DNA from: Streptosporangiaceae bacterium
GTDB lineage: Bacteria > Actinomycetota > Actinomycetes > Streptosporangiales > Streptosporangiaceae
Direction: 5' to 3'
Assembly: GCA_050013415.1 (NCBI GenBank)
Contig: JBEKFH010000001.1
Coordinates: forward strand, 5,936 to 69,935
DNA length: 64,000 nt
Below the pieces are notes generated by a model that had not been told where the DNA came from, made no database searches, and saw only the letters and a program-made list of their open reading frames with translations. Of this stretch, positions 61,284-64,000 are shown one piece after another; position 1 is the first letter of the stretch; each line of letters starts with the position of its first letter. Both the position numbers and the translations under genes were made by a program.

Positions 61284-62041
61284 GCACGGCCCGCCGGACG
61301 GCTGATGACCGGCAGCCCAAGTACCTGCGCATCCACGGCGCCCTGCGGGACCGGATCACCAGCGGCCGTTGGCCCGCTGGCAGTCCGCTGCCCTCCCAGC
61401 GCGAGCTGGCCGGCGAGTTCGGCGTCAGCATCATGACCCTTCGGCAGGCACTCCAGCTGCTCGCCGACGACGGGCTCATCGACGCCCGCCACGGCAGCGG
61501 CACCTACGTGGCCTCCCGGTACGCCTACGGCCTCGGTCACCTGCGCAGCTTCGCCGCCGACCTCGCCGCCCAGGGCGCGCGGATCACCACCCGGCTGCTC
61601 GCCGCGGACACCGTCGCGGCGCCGGACGATGTCGGCGCCCGCCTCGCCGCGGCCGGCCGGGTCCTCCGGCTGCGCCGCCTGCGGCTGGCCGACGGCCGGC
61701 CGGTCATCGTCCAGACGTCCTATCTCCCGGCGCGGCTGGCCGCGGCCCTGGATCCCGCCGACCTCTGCCGCCGGGGGCTGTACACCGTCCTGGCCGAGCA
61801 TGGCCGCGCGATCGGCCGGACCAGCGAGACCATCACCCCCGCGGCCCTGAGCGCCCGCGACGCTCATGACCTCGACCGGGCCGAGGCCAGCCCGGCGCTG
61901 CTCAGCCACCAGGTCAGCTTCACCACGGCCGGCCTCCCCGTCGTCGACGACCACGCGCTGCTGGCCGGCGACAGCGTGGCCATCACCGCGAACCGCGCCG
62001 CCGGCCACCTCGACGTCCGCTACACGCTCGCCACCCGCTGA
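61280..62041 (+). CDS. GntR-family (HutC/UTRA subfamily) transcriptional regulator
   Basis: 253 aa with the HTH block LPSQRELAGEFGVSIMTLRQALQLLADDGLIDARHGSGTYV and a UTRA-like C-terminal half. GTGA overlap with the trpA stop. Confidence 0.8.
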   Translation: MSTARRTADDRQPKYLRIHGALRDRITSGRWPAGSPLPSQRELAGEFGVSIMTLRQALQLLADDGLIDARHGSGTYVASRYAYGLGHLRSFAADLAAQGARITTRLLAADTVAAPDDVGARLAAAGRVLRLRRLRLADGRPVIVQTSYLPARLAAALDPADLCRRGLYTVLAEHGRAIGRTSETITPAALSARDAHDLDRAEASPALLSHQVSFTTAGLPVVDDHALLAGDSVAITANRAAGHLDVRYTLATR

Positions 62042-62050
62042 GGCCGCGCG

Positions 62051-62725
62051 TCATGGCGTCAGCCCGAAGGGCGGGTACCGATCCGTGACCAGGGTGAACG
62101 CGTAGGCGACGACGCGGTTGTTCCAGCGGAAGACGCCTTCGACGAAGGTGAAGATGCCGCGCGGGTACCGGCCGGTGAACAAGATGGCAAACCAGGCCAC
62201 GATCACTGCGAGGAACGCGGCGATATCCAGGAAGAGCAGCACGATGTAATGCGGGATGGCCAGCAGCCATTTGACCAGCGGCAGCCACCGGTTGAGGTCG
62301 GCAGCTGCGTCCGGATAGGCGTAGTCCAGCTCGACCCACTGGTGCTCGTCAGTGGACGGGTAGCTGTCATTCATCAGGGCCAGGTAGGTTCCGACCCGGT
62401 TGCCGAACCGCTGCAGCTCGATATTCCAGTCGAACCACCACCGGGGATACTTCTGCCTGAACAAGATCATCAGCAGCGGGGCGAGGAACAGCAGTCCGCC
62501 CGCGGTCACGCCCCCGTGGATCATGGTGCTCTCGTGGATCATGCTGGAGTGGCGGCTTCCCGTCGCCTGCCCGGTTCCGCCCCACAGGGTATCGAGCACG
62601 ATCAGGATCGGGATGCTCACGAAGATACGGAAGAACGACGTCAGCCGGTTAAGCGGCCTGTCCGGGTAATCGACGGCGAAGTGAACCGGATACTCAGCTG
62701 GATTCGGACTCTGATCCGCGGTCAT
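62051..62725 (-). CDS. DUF4389 family membrane protein
   Basis: 224 aa. Contains FAVDYPDRPLNRLTSFFRIF..IP, hydrophobic segments, SYPSTDE, and a C-terminal RYPPF. GGAGGAGAA lies before the ATG. Confidence 0.6.
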   Translation of the reverse strand: MTADQSPNPAEYPVHFAVDYPDRPLNRLTSFFRIFVSIPILIVLDTLWGGTGQATGSRHSSMIHESTMIHGGVTAGGLLFLAPLLMILFRQKYPRWWFDWNIELQRFGNRVGTYLALMNDSYPSTDEHQWVELDYAYPDAAADLNRWLPLVKWLLAIPHYIVLLFLDIAAFLAVIVAWFAILFTGRYPRGIFTFVEGVFRWNNRVVAYAFTLVTDRYPPFGLTP

Positions 62726-62829
62726 GTTGTTCTCCTCCTGGCCAGTTCCGGTACGTCAAGCATGTCGCTCCAGACGTTAGCGTCTTCCTGCTGGCCAGGA
62801 GGATTGCGACGCTGGTGAATGGTCGCCAG

Positions 62830-64000
62830 TTAAGGCGCGGGAAGGGCGGGGCTGCTGTCAGCTGCCATGCCCAGGCCGGTGTCGCGGCTGCCGGAATTCG
62901 TCGGGGTGTAGTACCACAGGTCGTTGTTGTTGGCCTGGAACGCTGCCTCGGGGCTGCCGCTGGCGGACGCCGTGATGGCGGGGCTGCTGGCGGCGTCCAT
63001 GCCCAGGCCGGTGTCACGGCTGCCGGAGTTCGTCGGGGTATAGAGCCACAGGTGGAAGTTGGTGGCCTGGAACGCTATCTCGTAGCCGCCGCCGGGCAGG
63101 GACACGATGGCGGGGCTGCTTTCGATATCCATGCCCAGGCCGGTGTCACGGCTGCCGGAGTTCGTCGGGGTGTAGTACCACAGGTGGTTGTTGTTGGCCT
63201 GGAACGCTATCTCGGGACTCCCGCTGGAGGTGGCCGTGATGGCGGGACTGGTGTCGGCGTCCATGCCCAGGCCGGTGTCACGGTTGCCGGAATTCGTCGG
63301 GGTGTAGTACCACAGGTGGTTGTTGTTGGCCTGGAACGCCACCTCGTAGCTGCCGCCGGATATGGCCGTGATGGCCGGGCTGGTTTCGGGGTCCATCCCC
63401 AGGCCGGTGTTGCTGCTGCTGCCGGTGCTGGGGTTGTACAGCCACAGGATGCGGGTATTGGCCTGGAACGCTATCTCGTAGCCGCCGCCGGACAGGGACA
63501 CGATGGCCGGGCTGGTGCCGGCTTCCATGCCCAGGCCGGTGTCCCGGCTGGCGCCGGTGCCGGGGTCATAGAGCCACAAGTGATTGTTCGTGCCCTGGAA
63601 CGCCACCTCGCCGCTGGCCGCGATGGAGGGGCCGGTGTCGCCGGCCATGCCCAGGCCGGTGTCACGGTTGCCGGAGTTGGCCGGGGTGTCGTACCACAGG
63701 TGATCGTTGTTGGCCTGGAACGCTATCTGGTAGCCGCCGCCGGGCGACACGTAAATATAGTGCTCCCCGCTGCCCCAGATACTCGCCGCCCAGGATGCGG
63801 GCGAGATGTTGTTGACCTGCTGGACGGAGATGTTCGTCGTCCCCGCGAAGTCGCCGTTGACCAGGTCCAGCGTTCCGTTCGCATTGACTCCGACAACGAT
63901 CCCGACGTGATCCGCGTACGTCGAGTTCGGTACCGTGTCGGACGCGGGGTAGAGGACGATGGCGTCCCCGACCTGGGGTGTGCCCGAGTCGAACGAGGGA
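62830..64000 (-). CDS. CHAP/NlpC-P60-like amidase domain (partial, 5' end off window) fused to seven ~42-aa repeats (probable beta-propeller, lectin-like)
   Basis: The frame of ORF 62830-63750 stays open to the window edge. The upstream part reads FDSGTPQVGDAIVLYP...DHVGIVVGVNANGTLDLVNGDF (CHAP-like). The downstream part has 7 units of SPAI....GG.EIAFQANNNHLWYYTP.NSG.RDTGLGM with a 126-bp period. Confidence 0.65.
   Translation of the reverse strand, partial: PSFDSGTPQVGDAIVLYPASDTVPNSTYADHVGIVVGVNANGTLDLVNGDFAGTTNISVQQVNNISPASWAASIWGSGEHYIYVSPGGGYQIAFQANNDHLWYDTPANSGNRDTGLGMAGDTGPSIAASGEVAFQGTNNHLWLYDPGTGASRDTGLGMEAGTSPAIVSLSGGGYEIAFQANTRILWLYNPSTGSSSNTGLGMDPETSPAITAISGGSYEVAFQANNNHLWYYTPTNSGNRDTGLGMDADTSPAITATSSGSPEIAFQANNNHLWYYTPTNSGSRDTGLGMDIESSPAIVSLPGGGYEIAFQATNFHLWLYTPTNSGSRDTGLGMDAASSPAITASASGSPEAAFQANNNDLWYYTPTNSGSRDTGLGMAADSSPALPAP

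Noticed and set aside
1-64000. Search for tRNA, rRNA, transposase, integrase or phage genes
   Set aside because: None was recognised by eye in any listed ORF or intergenic region. The only mobility hints are the PIN remnant and the truncated paralogue fragment.

Overview
High-GC (about 70-73% by eye) actinobacterial-type DNA. It is densely coding, and I recognised no rRNA, tRNA, CRISPR, transposase or integrase. Positions ~4.2-56.2 kb read as one hybrid lipid/NRPS biosynthetic gene cluster with these parts. (i) A + strand operon at 4216-13128: adenylating enzyme, two small carrier proteins, a FabF-like ketosynthase with a Cys-less KS-like partner, an HPPD/HmaS-family dioxygenase, a PhyH-family Fe/2OG oxygenase, a DUF3050 (heme-oxygenase-like) protein and a TPP-dependent E1 alpha/beta pair. 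(ii) An Sfp-type PPTase plus an ARO8/HpgT-like aminotransferase. (iii) An HSL-type hydrolase translationally coupled to a free-standing condensation domain. (iv) An FMN alpha-hydroxyacid oxidase / bicupin / CMD operon. (v) LAL (LuxR) and SARP/AfsR-type regulators. (vi) A KASIII-ACP-KS-like triad and a GT1 glycosyltransferase. (vii) Two DrrAB-type ABC exporters and a VOC/glyoxalase protein. (viii) A NodB-deacetylase::thioesterase fusion. (ix) The core operon at 39828-56187: adenylating enzyme, MbtH, and three NRPS proteins (A-T-C-A-T-X, C-A-T, C-A-T) with no TE domain. X is the headline finding: a ~790-aa LanB-type domain (lantibiotic dehydratase N-terminal-like, a tRNA-dependent enzyme family) fused in frame after the second carrier domain. 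The flanks hold a large secreted Ig-repeat protein (left edge), BNR-like and PQQ-like propeller proteins, an orphan trpB-trpA-gntR unit and a DUF4389 protein. At the right edge is a CHAP-like::7-repeat protein whose truncated paralogue sits inverted at 24.7 kb. A second pervasive signal is more than 15 short, near-perfect tandem repeat arrays (9-36 bp units). Many of them sit exactly on start/stop junctions or interdomain linkers. All functional calls come from motif recognition by eye on the supplied translations and on my own reading of the DNA. No database search was run.
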